This document shows, piece by piece, positions 29,044-38,282 of a DNA stretch of 64,000 nt; the first letter of the stretch is position 1; the number at the start of each line of letters is the position of its first letter. The DNA lies in NCBI GenBank assembly GCA_003228115.1, contig QEVV01000007.1, positions 166 to 64,165 on the forward strand. The letters are read 5' to 3'. The stretch comes from Chloroflexota bacterium (GTDB taxonomy: Bacteria > Chloroflexota > Dehalococcoidia > Lucifugimonadales > SAR202-VII-2). The notes beneath the pieces are model-generated. The model was not told where the DNA came from. It worked only from the letters and a program-made list of their open reading frames with translations, and ran no database searches. The position numbers and the translations under genes are program-made.

Positions 29044-30285
29044 TTAAGGAAGACTGCCGCCGTTCTCCTCTAAGACCTTGCTGTACGACTCATAGCTACC
29101 GACTTGCCGGATGGCCTCTACCATTTCCTCTAACGTGTCGAAGCGCGCCCGAAGGTCCTCCAGTTCGTTACCTACGGGGCTTGAGGATGCGGCGCTGGTG
29201 GCGTAGCTACCGTAGAAGGCGAAATAGGCTTGGTTGAGCTTGCGCACCAGATACCCGTTGTCCAGGAAGACCTGGCGACGCTCTTCCATATATGTTTCCG
29301 CTTCCTCAACTTTTCCCTCTGCCAGCAGGTTGTCCACGCGAAGCCGCGTCTCCCGCATTTCGGTGTTGAAATCGAAACGGTCGGGGTCGTCAGGAGGGGC
29401 AGGAGGCTGCGAGCCATCGTTCTTCGGCGGGTCGGGGAGCCGTTCTCCGGTAAGGCGGAAGTAGGCCTCCCGACCCACCTCTTTGCCCATAAGGTCTGCA
29501 AGGGTCTCGTTGACGGTGATCATGCGCCCGTCGGAACCGAAGTAGCTGCGTCCCAGGGGGTAGAAGGTGAGGTAGTGGTGCGACCACTCATGGGCAGCTA
29601 GCCTAAGAGTGAATTCCAACGAATAGAAGGGCGACATCACGGCTGGGTAGGTGGCAAGGCCCCCTGGCGGCACCACGAGAGCAGAAAGACCCTGCCCAGT
29701 AAAGAATGAGTCTTCCATCTCTTCGATGTCCAGCACGGAGATGTTCGTATCCAGCAGATAGCTGTACTGTTTTTCGATGCGGTCTCTGGGTGAGAGGGTA
29801 AGGATCCGTGGGGAGTCGCCGAACCGAATGTCGACTGGAGGGAACTGAAGCTCCTTGATTCCGAGGGGTTTCATGGTCAGGCGCATGTCCCGCACCACCG
29901 AGCTGATGAGGCCTTCGATGGTTTGCTCAACCGGCGAACGACGCCTGGCCCACTCTTCCTCTGCGGCGTTCAGTGCCTGGTGGAGGTCCTCTATATCTCC
30001 CTCGCCCAAAGTTACGGCCCTTTCCAGGTTGTCCTCGGCCCGGCGGAGATCCTGGCCTATAGCGAAGAACTCCTCAACCTCTTCAAGGGTGGCCGAGTCG
30101 GAGCCCAGGCCTATGAACCCTTTGACGTAGTTGAGCCACTTTTCTGGAAAGGCCGTGATCTCCCACTGAATGAGAGAAAACCCCTGGCTGCCTGCGAGCA
30201 GGGTTCTGGGGTTTGGGCCAGCTCCACCAGGAGTGAATAACAAGAGGTAGGCGGCAATGACCGCCAGGATGACCCGCTTCTTCAT
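29044..30285 (-). CDS. Membrane-anchored hypothetical protein with HExxH motif (putative Zn-metallopeptidase)
   Basis: N-terminal TM helix 'VILAVIAAYLLLF' and 'AAHEWSHHYL'. It starts 24 nt downstream of selD. No family was recognised by eye. Confidence 0.7.
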   Translation of the reverse strand: MKKRVILAVIAAYLLLFTPGGAGPNPRTLLAGSQGFSLIQWEITAFPEKWLNYVKGFIGLGSDSATLEEVEEFFAIGQDLRRAEDNLERAVTLGEGDIEDLHQALNAAEEEWARRRSPVEQTIEGLISSVVRDMRLTMKPLGIKELQFPPVDIRFGDSPRILTLSPRDRIEKQYSYLLDTNISVLDIEEMEDSFFTGQGLSALVVPPGGLATYPAVMSPFYSLEFTLRLAAHEWSHHYLTFYPLGRSYFGSDGRMITVNETLADLMGKEVGREAYFRLTGERLPDPPKNDGSQPPAPPDDPDRFDFNTEMRETRLRVDNLLAEGKVEEAETYMEERRQVFLDNGYLVRKLNQAYFAFYGSYATSAASSSPVGNELEDLRARFDTLEEMVEAIRQVGSYESYSKVLEENGGSLP

Positions 30286-30309
30286 TATTGTTGTTGACGC
30301 CCGCTTCTT

Positions 30310-31356
30310 TTAACGGGTCACCCGAATGGGCTTCTCCGCCGCCTCCGTCACCTCTCCAACGATGACGGCACTCTCAACCCCTCGTTGCTGAAGGGCCTCC
30401 ATAAGAGTAGCCGCCTTATCAGAGGATACGGAAATGAGCAGCCCTCCGGATGTTTGGGCATCGCTGAGAAGAAGACGTTCCACTTCAGCAATATCGGTCG
30501 CCCAGTCGACGGATGGTGAAACATCCTCTAGGTTTCGGTGGGTGCCTCCGGGGACGACTCCCTCTTCGGCCAGTGCTATTGCGTCGGGAAGGATGGGTAC
30601 AGACGACATATGTATCGTGGCGGAAACGTTGCTGCCCGTGGCCATCGGCAGAAGATGCCCCAGAAGGCCAAAGCCAGTCACGTCTGTGCAAGCGTTGACT
30701 CCCACCTCCACCATGGCCTCCGACGCTGCCGCGTTGAGAGTGGCCATGATCCTGATTGCTTCCTCCAGCGCTTTCGGACGCACCGTGGCAGCCTTGCCAG
30801 CCGTGGTAATAATGCCCGTGCCGATGGGCTTTGTAAGGACGAGAACGTCACCGGGACGGGCACCCACGTTGCATACGTGAGCGCCAGGCTTGACCAGCCC
30901 GGTTACCGACAAGCCGTACTTGGGCTCCGCGTCGTCGATGGTGTGGCCCCCCACGATGAGGATGCCAGCTTCAGTTGCCTTGTCTTGTCCGCCACGGAGG
31001 ATCTCACCCAGGATCGCCCTGTCCATAGCTACTGGAAAGCAAACGATATTCAGGGCAATAAGGGGCTTGCCCCCCATGGCATACACATCGCTAAGGGAGT
31101 TGGCCACGGCTATAGCGCCATATTGGTAGGGGTCATCAACGATTGGCGGGAAGAAGTCCACCGTCTGTACCAGAGCGATATCATCGCTCAGCTGATAGAC
31201 AGCAGCGTCGTCCCCGGTGTTGATGCCTACTAAGAGTTCTGGCGCGTTCACCGGAGCTAGGTGACTGAGGACCTGGACCAGGTCGCCTCTGCTAAACTTG
31301 GAGGCTCAGCCGGCGCAGTGGGCCAGTTCCGTAAGGCGGGGCGTATGCTGCTGCAT
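30310..31356 (-). CDS. selD: Selenide,water dikinase (selenophosphate synthetase), selenocysteine-containing (in-frame TGA at 31306..31308)
   Basis: The track ORF (from 31251) lacks the SelD N-terminus. Reading through the TGA gives 'MQQHTPRLTELAHCAGUASKF...', which aligns to E. coli '[16 protein letters not shown]' with U at the Cys17 position. Confidence 0.85.
31267..31290 (-). promoter_or_regulatory. Candidate bacterial SECIS hairpin downstream of the selD UGA
   Basis: The mRNA forms GACCUG-GUC-CAGGUC, starting 21 nt after the UGA, with a G/U-containing apical loop. Confidence 0.45.
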
Positions 31357-31428
31357 CGCACTCCCATAAGGGCAGGATATGCCAATCATAACATGGAGCG
31401 TAGCTAGCCCGACCGTAGCGGTCATAGT

Positions 31429-32361
31429 ATGACGAAAGCTCCAAAGCTAGTGGCCATTGTTGGGCCAACAGGCGTGGGCAAGAGTGCCTTGGCCATGACC
31501 CTAGCGGCCCGCTTCGACGGGGAGGTTGTGAACGCCGACAGCCGCCTAGTCTACAGGGGCATGGACATAGGGACAGCCAAGCCATCAAAGGTGGACCAAC
31601 GAGCCATACGCCATCATCTCATCGACTTGGTTGAGCCAACCGACCCCTTCAACCTTGCCCAATACTTGGACGTGGCTAGGACTGCCATCGAGGAGATTCA
31701 AGGCCGGGAGAAGTTGCCCTTTCTAGTTGGCGGGACTGGCCTTTATGCATTTGGCGTTTTGGATGGCATCGAGGCCCCCAAGGTTCCTGCCAACTGGGAG
31801 ATGCGAAAGACCCTGGAAGAGCGGGCGAACGCTGAAGGCGTTGAGTCGCTCATGGCCGACCTTGGAAAGCTTGATCCCGATACCGCTGCCCATATAGATC
31901 GCCATAATCTGCGGAGAGTGGTTCGGGCGCTAGAGGTATGTCTGGAGACGGGTCAACCCTTTTCAGCGCTGCGAGGACGGGAAGAACCTCCTTATGAAGC
32001 CCTCGTTCTCGGGCTAACGATGGAGCGGAAGGAGCTCTATCGCCGTGTTAACCGACGCGTGGAAGAAATGCTTGCGGCCGGCTGGGTAGACGAGGTTCGG
32101 ACGCTAATGGCAGCGGGGTGTGTTGCGAACACTTCTTCAATGAGCGCTCTTGGTTATAGGGATATCATGGCTTTTTTGAATGGGGCGATGTCCATTGAGG
32201 ACACAGTCAGTCGTATCCAGCAGACGACTCGGCGCTTCGCGCGGCGGCAATCGGCCTGGTTTCGCCCCGCGGACCCTCGGATCCACTGGCTTGAAGCTAG
32301 CGTAGCTCCCGAAATCTCTTCCCAGGTGCTGGTGTCAGAGTTTATTGCTAGGCAAGCGTGA
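31429..32361 (+). CDS. miaA: tRNA dimethylallyltransferase
   Basis: P-loop 'IVGPTGVGKSALA' and 'DSRLVYRGMDIGTAKP'. Confidence 0.94.
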   Translation: MTKAPKLVAIVGPTGVGKSALAMTLAARFDGEVVNADSRLVYRGMDIGTAKPSKVDQRAIRHHLIDLVEPTDPFNLAQYLDVARTAIEEIQGREKLPFLVGGTGLYAFGVLDGIEAPKVPANWEMRKTLEERANAEGVESLMADLGKLDPDTAAHIDRHNLRRVVRALEVCLETGQPFSALRGREEPPYEALVLGLTMERKELYRRVNRRVEEMLAAGWVDEVRTLMAAGCVANTSSMSALGYRDIMAFLNGAMSIEDTVSRIQQTTRRFARRQSAWFRPADPRIHWLEASVAPEISSQVLVSEFIARQA

Positions 32362-32402
32362 GGGTAGGGCTGCTACAATAGTTGTAGAAGCAGGGAGGAA
32401 GA

Positions 32403-32594
32403 ATGCCTATCATTCGCCGGTTGTTTGGGATCGCTTTGGGTGCATTGGTGACCTATGGCCTCAGGTCCTTGGTACGACGACGCGTTGAAGACTACCGGGA
32501 GCGGTTTCAAGGCCTGGACAAGGAAAACTACGGCAACATTGATGATCTCGATGTGACGGGCAACAAGAAGGATGAAACGAAGGAAGAGGAATGA
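32403..32594 (+). CDS. Small membrane protein (63 aa), unknown function
   Basis: GGGAGGA lies 5 nt before the ATG. One TM helix is followed by an acidic tail. The stop overlaps the dapF start (ATGA). Confidence 0.6.
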   Translation: MPIIRRLFGIALGALVTYGLRSLVRRRVEDYRERFQGLDKENYGNIDDLDVTGNKKDETKEEE

Positions 32595-33436
32595 TCCACT
32601 TTAGCAAAATGCACGGCTGCGGCAACGATTTCATCGTGGTCGATGGCCGGAAGGGAGAAATCGATTGGTCCTCCCTTGCCGTAGAGATGAGTGACCGTCA
32701 CTTCGGCATAGGGTCTGACGGCCTGTTGGTTGTCAGCGGGTCGCACGTAGCGCCCATTCGCATGCGGATGTACAACCCGGACGGTTCTGAAGCGGAGATG
32801 TGCGGCAACGGCATCCGTTGCTTTGCGAAGTATGTTGTCGAGCGCGGCATCATGCCCATTGAGCCATTCACGACCGAAACGGGAGCGGGCGTCTTGACCG
32901 TGCAGCCATTTCTGGAACGCCGAACGGTGACCGGGGCTCGCATCGGCATGGGGCAAGCGATACTGGAGCCAAACTTGGTTCCAGTTAGCCTGGAAGGGGG
33001 CAACGGCAGCGGGCCTGTGCTGGACTATCCAGTCGCTGTGAACGACCGAACCTTGCCTATGACCTTCGTTTCCATGGGCAACCCGCACGCAGTCACCTTC
33101 CTGGATGAGCCGGTGGAGACATTCCCCCTGGCAGAGATTGGGCCGCAGGTGGAGCATCACTCAATGTTCCCCAAACGGACGAACTTTGAAATCGTTTCCG
33201 TGGTCGACCGCAGTCATCTGAGAGTGCGAGTGTGGGAGCGAGGAGCAGGACTGACCCTGGCTTGTGGCACCGGCGCGGCAGCTGCAGCTGCCGCTGCGCA
33301 CCTCCATGGCTTGATCGATGACGTCGCTGAGGTGGAGTTGCCTGGCGGTACGCTGACCATCGAATGGGATGGTCGGTCTGAGGTTCACCTTTCTGGCCCG
33401 GTCGAAGAAGTGTTCCAAGGCGAGTGGCTTCGGTAG
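32591..33436 (+). CDS. dapF: Diaminopimelate epimerase
   Basis: 'MHGCGNDFIVVD', 'NPDGSEAEMCGNGIRC' and 'ACGTGA' (both catalytic Cys contexts). Confidence 0.95.
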   Translation: MIHFSKMHGCGNDFIVVDGRKGEIDWSSLAVEMSDRHFGIGSDGLLVVSGSHVAPIRMRMYNPDGSEAEMCGNGIRCFAKYVVERGIMPIEPFTTETGAGVLTVQPFLERRTVTGARIGMGQAILEPNLVPVSLEGGNGSGPVLDYPVAVNDRTLPMTFVSMGNPHAVTFLDEPVETFPLAEIGPQVEHHSMFPKRTNFEIVSVVDRSHLRVRVWERGAGLTLACGTGAAAAAAAAHLHGLIDDVAEVELPGGTLTIEWDGRSEVHLSGPVEEVFQGEWLR

Positions 33437-33580
33437 GGGGCTCTAGGCTAGCGCCCCTTCGCAGTTTTGGCTCAGTTAGGCCCCTGTGCCTTCGATGGGC
33501 GGCGGGTTAGACCTCACCCCCGGCTCCTCTCTGTCGACGGAGAGGGGAGAGTTCACCAGCCAACGAAGCTTCCCATTTCT

Positions 33581-33608
33581 CTCTTGTCGTCCTCGAGCGA
33601 AGCGAAGA
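33581..33608. repeat. 28-nt dispersed intergenic repeat (copy 1, inverted relative to copies 2 and 3)
   Basis: tctcttgtcgtcctcgagcgaagcgaag is the reverse complement of the element at 41239 and 41343, with 2-3 mismatches. Confidence 0.75.
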
Positions 33609-33651
33609 ACCTCGTCAGTCCTTGGACAGCGTTAGCGTAATTGCAACAGAG

Positions 33652-34566
33652 TCATCGAAGGCCCTCCCACACGACTCCAGCCAGCATCAGAGCCCCAGCT
33701 AGCCCGAACGTCGTTACCGCTCCCAGGGTCATCCATATTGGCCTTACGGCTGCTCCTCGCACGCTGAGCTGGATGAAGGCCGTTGTTCCAAGCGCTGGTA
33801 TCGCAGCAAGAAGGAACAAAGCGACAGCCATGCTTGGCGTTCCCGTAGCTATTGCGGGCGCCAACAAGATGAAGGCGAGTAGCGAAACTCCGGTGTGCAG
33901 ATTTGCGGTCGTCCTTGCCCCAAGCCGCACGAGCACAGTTCGCTTCCCGGCTGAGCGGTCCGCATCATGGTCGGGGAACTCAAAGGCGACGACCATGGCC
34001 CATGCCAGCGCAATGAGGGGCAAGGTGGTCGTGAAGACCAAAAGTGACAGTGTCTCTGCCTGAATCGTGTACGCCAGGGCTGCCACCAGGAATGCCACGA
34101 CTAGGGCCGTGGTGACCTCACCGAAACCGGTTGAGGCAAGTCGCAGAGGCGGGCTGGAATAGAATGCTGCGCCAACCATCGTGCCTGCGAAGACGATCCA
34201 GGCAGCAAGACTAATGCTATACAAAACAGCCAATACCAGCATGAACAGAAACCCTATGGATAATAGCGATAACCCGGCATATAGGGCGACTCGTGGCGGC
34301 AGCAGGCCAGCGGGCAGGATGCCGCTGCCGCCGGAGAAGAACGTCCTTCGTGTATTCAAACGGTCGGTTTCAAGGTCGTGGTAGTCATTAAGGTAATGCG
34401 TCATCGCGTGGATGGATGTGACGGCGAGTTGGCCCAGAACGTAGGCCGTCAAATCGATGGCGACACCCTGGAAGTTGGCCAATGCGGCCCCAAGCGCATA
34501 CATAGTGAAGCCACCAATCAGAAATTGAGGGCGGCCAAGGCGGATGACAGCGATGGCTTGTTTCAT
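33652..34566 (-). CDS. UbiA-family aromatic prenyltransferase
   Basis: Polytopic protein with Asp-rich motifs 'NDYHDLETD' and 'DHDADRSAGKRT'. ATG 34566 ('MKQAIAVIRLGRPQF') is preferred over track start 34635. Confidence 0.85.
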   Translation of the reverse strand: MKQAIAVIRLGRPQFLIGGFTMYALGAALANFQGVAIDLTAYVLGQLAVTSIHAMTHYLNDYHDLETDRLNTRRTFFSGGSGILPAGLLPPRVALYAGLSLLSIGFLFMLVLAVLYSISLAAWIVFAGTMVGAAFYSSPPLRLASTGFGEVTTALVVAFLVAALAYTIQAETLSLLVFTTTLPLIALAWAMVVAFEFPDHDADRSAGKRTVLVRLGARTTANLHTGVSLLAFILLAPAIATGTPSMAVALFLLAAIPALGTTAFIQLSVRGAAVRPIWMTLGAVTTFGLAGALMLAGVVWEGLR

Positions 34567-34694
34567 AAGAAGAATGTTCTCCTGACGCCCATCGTACAGC
34601 CGATGAATCGGATTGCGCTGAGCTCCGCCCTTCAAAACTACTCGTCAGCCTTGTAGAATCCCTGTAGCGATATTTACCGACACAAGGAGTCTGC

Positions 34695-35870
34695 ATGCGG
34701 CTATCCAAGCGCCTGGACCAGCTTCCCCCATATCTCTTTCTGGAAATCTCACGCAAGATCGCCGAGAAGCGGGCCAAAGGCGAAGATGTGGTCACCTTCG
34801 GTATCGGTGACCCAGACCTTCCTACTCCCAAGCATATCCTCGACAAGATGGTTGAAGAGACCTACAACCCCTCGAACCACCGCTACCCTGAGACCGACGG
34901 CTTACCGGCGCTTCGAAAGGCAATAGGAGACTGGTACGCACAGCGCTTCGGGCAGGAACTCGACCCAAATAAAGAAGTGCTGCCGCTCATCGGAGCAAAG
35001 GAAGGCATAGGCCACGCTGCCTTCTGTTTCCTCGACCCCGGCGATGTGGCCCTAATACCTGACCCGGCCTATCCCGTGTACAACGCAGGGACCCTCTTCG
35101 CCGGAGGAGAGCCGTACTTCACGCCCCTCAAAGAAGAAAACGGCTGGCTGCCCGACCTCGATGCAATCCCTGCCGACGTTGCCCAAAGGGCCACCTGCCT
35201 ATGGATCAACTATCCCAATAACCCCACGGGTGCTGTCGCTGAGGCGGATTTCTACGAACGGTGCGTCGCTTTTGGCCGCAAGCATGAGGTCGCCATCTTG
35301 TCCGATGCGGCCTACAGCGAGATGGCCTTCGACGGCTACAAGCCCATGAGCTTTCTAGAAGTACCTGGCGCTAGGGAGGTTGGTGTAGAGTTCCATTCCC
35401 TTTCCAAGTGCTACAACATGACCGGCTGGCGGGCCGCCATGGTCGTGGGCAACCCAACCATGATTGACGCCATGACTCGCCTGAAGTCCAACCTTGATTC
35501 AGGCATTCCTCAGTCAATCCAATACGGCGCCATCGAGGCCCTGACCGGGCCTCAGGATGTCATAGCCGACAACGTGGCCATCTACAAACGGAGAAGGGAT
35601 CAGGTAATGGTAGTCCTTGACGATATGGGCCTGAAGTACACCTTCCCCAAGGCAGGCCTCTATGTCTGGGCGGACGTACCCGCTGGCTATACATCAGCGG
35701 AGTTTGCGACACTCCTTCTAGATGAAGCGAGTGTAGTGGTGACACCGGGCACAGGTTACGGCCAGGCTGGAGAGGGGTATTTCCGTATCTCACTGACCAC
35801 CCCAGATGACCGCGTGACAGAGGGGCTGAACCGACTGCGCAACCTGACCATTCCTGCGAAGGGCGGGTAG
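34695..35870 (+). CDS. Class I aminotransferase, LL-diaminopimelate aminotransferase (DapL)-like
   Basis: 'LPPYLFLEI...', 'NYPNNPTG' and the PLP-Lys context 'SLSKCYNMTGWR'. It is close to dapF. Confidence 0.85.
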   Translation: MRLSKRLDQLPPYLFLEISRKIAEKRAKGEDVVTFGIGDPDLPTPKHILDKMVEETYNPSNHRYPETDGLPALRKAIGDWYAQRFGQELDPNKEVLPLIGAKEGIGHAAFCFLDPGDVALIPDPAYPVYNAGTLFAGGEPYFTPLKEENGWLPDLDAIPADVAQRATCLWINYPNNPTGAVAEADFYERCVAFGRKHEVAILSDAAYSEMAFDGYKPMSFLEVPGAREVGVEFHSLSKCYNMTGWRAAMVVGNPTMIDAMTRLKSNLDSGIPQSIQYGAIEALTGPQDVIADNVAIYKRRRDQVMVVLDDMGLKYTFPKAGLYVWADVPAGYTSAEFATLLLDEASVVVTPGTGYGQAGEGYFRISLTTPDDRVTEGLNRLRNLTIPAKGG

Positions 35871-36005
35871 GGAGCGTACCGAATAGCTAAGCCAAGCACG
35901 CACGATACCGAAGCGCGGGCAGAGAGAGCAATCCTTGCAGGGGTTGGACCTCGGCCAGGGGTCGCTCTATGGGACCTTGAGGACTCACTGGAAGAACTTG
36001 GCCGT

Positions 36006-37052
36006 TTGGCTCACACAGCTGGAGCGAATGTCGTTGGGCAGATCACGCAGAGGATGGACCATCCAACCCCTTTCTACCTAGGCAAGGGCAAACTCGAAGA
36101 ACTTAAAGTGTTGGTAGCAGAGCTTGACGCAGAGGTCGTTATCTTCGATGACGAGTTAACACCTTCGCAGCAGGGCAACCTTGAGCGCGAGCTAACGATA
36201 AAAGTACTGGACCGCACCAGCGTCATTCTGGACGTCTTTGGCAGCCACGCTTCCACGAAAGAAGGGCGTCTCCAAGTGGAGCTTGCCCAGTACGAATACC
36301 TGCTGCCCCGGCTTGCCGGGCAATGGACTCACCTGGAGCGGCTTGGCGGCGGGATAGGCACAAGGGGCCCTGGAGAAAGCCAGTTAGAAACGGACCGACG
36401 TCTGGTCCGTGGGCGAATCCAGAGGCTGAAGGGCGAACTAGACCTTGTGCGGCGTCACCGGTCTCGGTATCGAGAGCGACGCAGGGCCGCCGGCATTTCG
36501 GTAGTCTCACTCGTGGGCTACACCAACGCAGGAAAAAGCACTCTGTTCAACGCCTTGAGCAAAGCGAACGTTACCGCACAGGACCAACTGTTCTCAACGC
36601 TGGACCCGATCACTCGCCGGATCCAGTTGCCGGATGGCAGACCCGTACTCCTGACCGACACGGTGGGATTCATTCAAAAGCTTTCCCATGGCCTGGTGGC
36701 TGCCTTCCGAGCGACCCTTGAAGAGCTTCAGGAGGCCAGCATCATTCTCCACGTAGGAGACATCACGCACCCGAATTCGGCTGAACAGGCGCACGTTGTC
36801 GAAGAGGCCCTGAAAGACCTGGCCGTGGACAAGTACCCTCGCATACGAGTGCTTAACAAGATCGACCTTCTGCCCCCCGCAGGCGACGGCCGCTCCGACG
36901 CCTCTGACATGGTCGGAGTGCGGGACAGCGAGGTACCTACCGTGGTCATTTCAGCCCACCGCAAGTGGGGCCTAGATGATCTCCTGCACCTCATCGAGGC
37001 AGAATTGGACAGAACGTCGCCCCAGGTAGCGAGCCTTTGGGCACGGTCTTAA
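36006..37052 (+). CDS. hflX: GTPase HflX (start uncertain; homology extends upstream to at least 35919)
   Basis: 'GKGKLEELK', G motifs 'GYTNAGKST', 'DTVGF' and 'NKID'. TTG 36006 is the first canonical start but cuts off the conserved 'ERAILAGV' segment. Confidence 0.88.
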   Translation: MAHTAGANVVGQITQRMDHPTPFYLGKGKLEELKVLVAELDAEVVIFDDELTPSQQGNLERELTIKVLDRTSVILDVFGSHASTKEGRLQVELAQYEYLLPRLAGQWTHLERLGGGIGTRGPGESQLETDRRLVRGRIQRLKGELDLVRRHRSRYRERRRAAGISVVSLVGYTNAGKSTLFNALSKANVTAQDQLFSTLDPITRRIQLPDGRPVLLTDTVGFIQKLSHGLVAAFRATLEELQEASIILHVGDITHPNSAEQAHVVEEALKDLAVDKYPRIRVLNKIDLLPPAGDGRSDASDMVGVRDSEVPTVVISAHRKWGLDDLLHLIEAELDRTSPQVASLWARS

Positions 37053-37117
37053 GCCTACCTCGCTTCGACCCGGCACTTCCAAGAGCCAACGAAACAAGAT
37101 TAGGAGAAACATTTTCC

Positions 37118-37447
37118 ATGGCCGATTTCCTTGAGCTACCTGACAAGCCGTACTTAAATTGCACCGAGGCTGGCCTCGCTGTGCTGGATGCCGACCAAGT
37201 GAAGCGGGACATCTCGTCACCACCACTGTTCGTGCTGAAGGTGGGGCCTGGGAACCTTCTTGAACAACGCCCCCTAAAGGCCTCTGGCCAAGACGGCGAG
37301 GTTGTCGTGGTGCAGTGCGAGGGAGGGGCTACCCTTCGTTTGGACTTCGATGATGACGTTGCGACCAAGTCGGGGCCGGACGGCGACTTCCGCTACAAAG
37401 GTGGCATCAGCGACGGCAATGACGGCCTAGGGTTCATGCCTGCCTAG
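37118..37447 (+). CDS. Hypothetical protein (109 aa)
   Basis: ATG 37118 is preceded by AGGAGA. No recognisable motif. Confidence 0.5.
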   Translation: MADFLELPDKPYLNCTEAGLAVLDADQVKRDISSPPLFVLKVGPGNLLEQRPLKASGQDGEVVVVQCEGGATLRLDFDDDVATKSGPDGDFRYKGGISDGNDGLGFMPA

Positions 37448-37469
37448 TAGCACGAGCATGAGATGAAGG

Positions 37470-38282
37470 CTATACGCCTGGATCGGCCAGGAAGTCGAGA
37501 ATGAGGCGGGCCAGCGCTTCGGGGTCTTCGTAGGTTAGTAGCAGAGAACCGCCGGGCCCGACGTGGGTGCGAGCCCGTTTGAGGCGCGCCGCCACCGGCT
37601 CCACCGTTCCCAATAGCCCGTCGTGTTCGCAGGAAGCCACTAGAGTAGGCGCCTGTATCAACGAAAGGCGTGCCATGATGTCATATTGGGCCATTGCCTC
37701 GTAGGCCTCGTGCCAGCGATCGCCAGCCATAAACTTCCAGGTGGCTTCTTTGTGAAGCAGCTTCCACGGGTCGTCCGTTAGCGATCTCATGGAGCCAGAC
37801 CGCTCCAGGCTGGCTCTCAAACCCTCCCACACCACCATGAGATGGTGGCCATCCTCTCCGAACTCCATGCGGTGCGCTCTGGCAAGTGGGCCCTGGGCTA
37901 GGTCCTCCCAATACGGAGTGCCGTGAAAGACCAGCTTGTCCACTTTCTCTGGATAAGCGCCCGCTAGCTCGCAGGCAAAGGTCGCCCCGGTGTGATGCCC
38001 AAAGATCGAGGCCTTGGGAACAGACGTTGCATCCATGAAATCGACGAAACAGCGGGCGTAGTCGGCTACGCTGAACTGGTGGGGCGGCCGGTCGGACATC
38101 CCGAATCCGGGTGTGTCGGGGGCCAGCACCCGGTAGGACTTTGCCAAGTACGGTATCAGAGGCTCAAAGAACTCAGAGGACGTGGCGGTTTGGTGAAGGA
38201 GCAGCAACGGACTTCCTTCACCAGCATGCCGATAGTGCATCTGTCCGTACGGAGTGTCGACGTAGGCGCGCTTGGTAACCAT
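37470..38282 (-). CDS. Alpha/beta-hydrolase-fold protein with non-canonical catalytic motifs
   Basis: 'LLLLHQTATSS...YRVLAPDTPGFGMSD...IFGHHTGA'. ATG 38282 is preferred over 38339. Confidence 0.85.
   Translation of the reverse strand: MVTKRAYVDTPYGQMHYRHAGEGSPLLLLHQTATSSEFFEPLIPYLAKSYRVLAPDTPGFGMSDRPPHQFSVADYARCFVDFMDATSVPKASIFGHHTGATFACELAGAYPEKVDKLVFHGTPYWEDLAQGPLARAHRMEFGEDGHHLMVVWEGLRASLERSGSMRSLTDDPWKLLHKEATWKFMAGDRWHEAYEAMAQYDIMARLSLIQAPTLVASCEHDGLLGTVEPVAARLKRARTHVGPGGSLLLTYEDPEALARLILDFLADPGV

Noticed and set aside
31292-31588. 98-aa minus-strand ORF upstream of selD.
   Set aside because: It is out of frame with selD, overlaps the miaA start region and has no motif. The real upstream coding sequence is the Sec-containing selD N-terminus in another frame.
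32403-32594. Possible hfq, given its position after miaA.
   Set aside because: No Sm1 or Sm2 motifs are present. The peptide is a single-TM protein with an acidic tail.
35868-35870. Stop-codon read-through fusing the aminotransferase to HflX, since both are in the same frame.
   Set aside because: There is no precedent or supporting signal. An SD-like AGGGAG overlapping the TAG favours independent (re)initiation.
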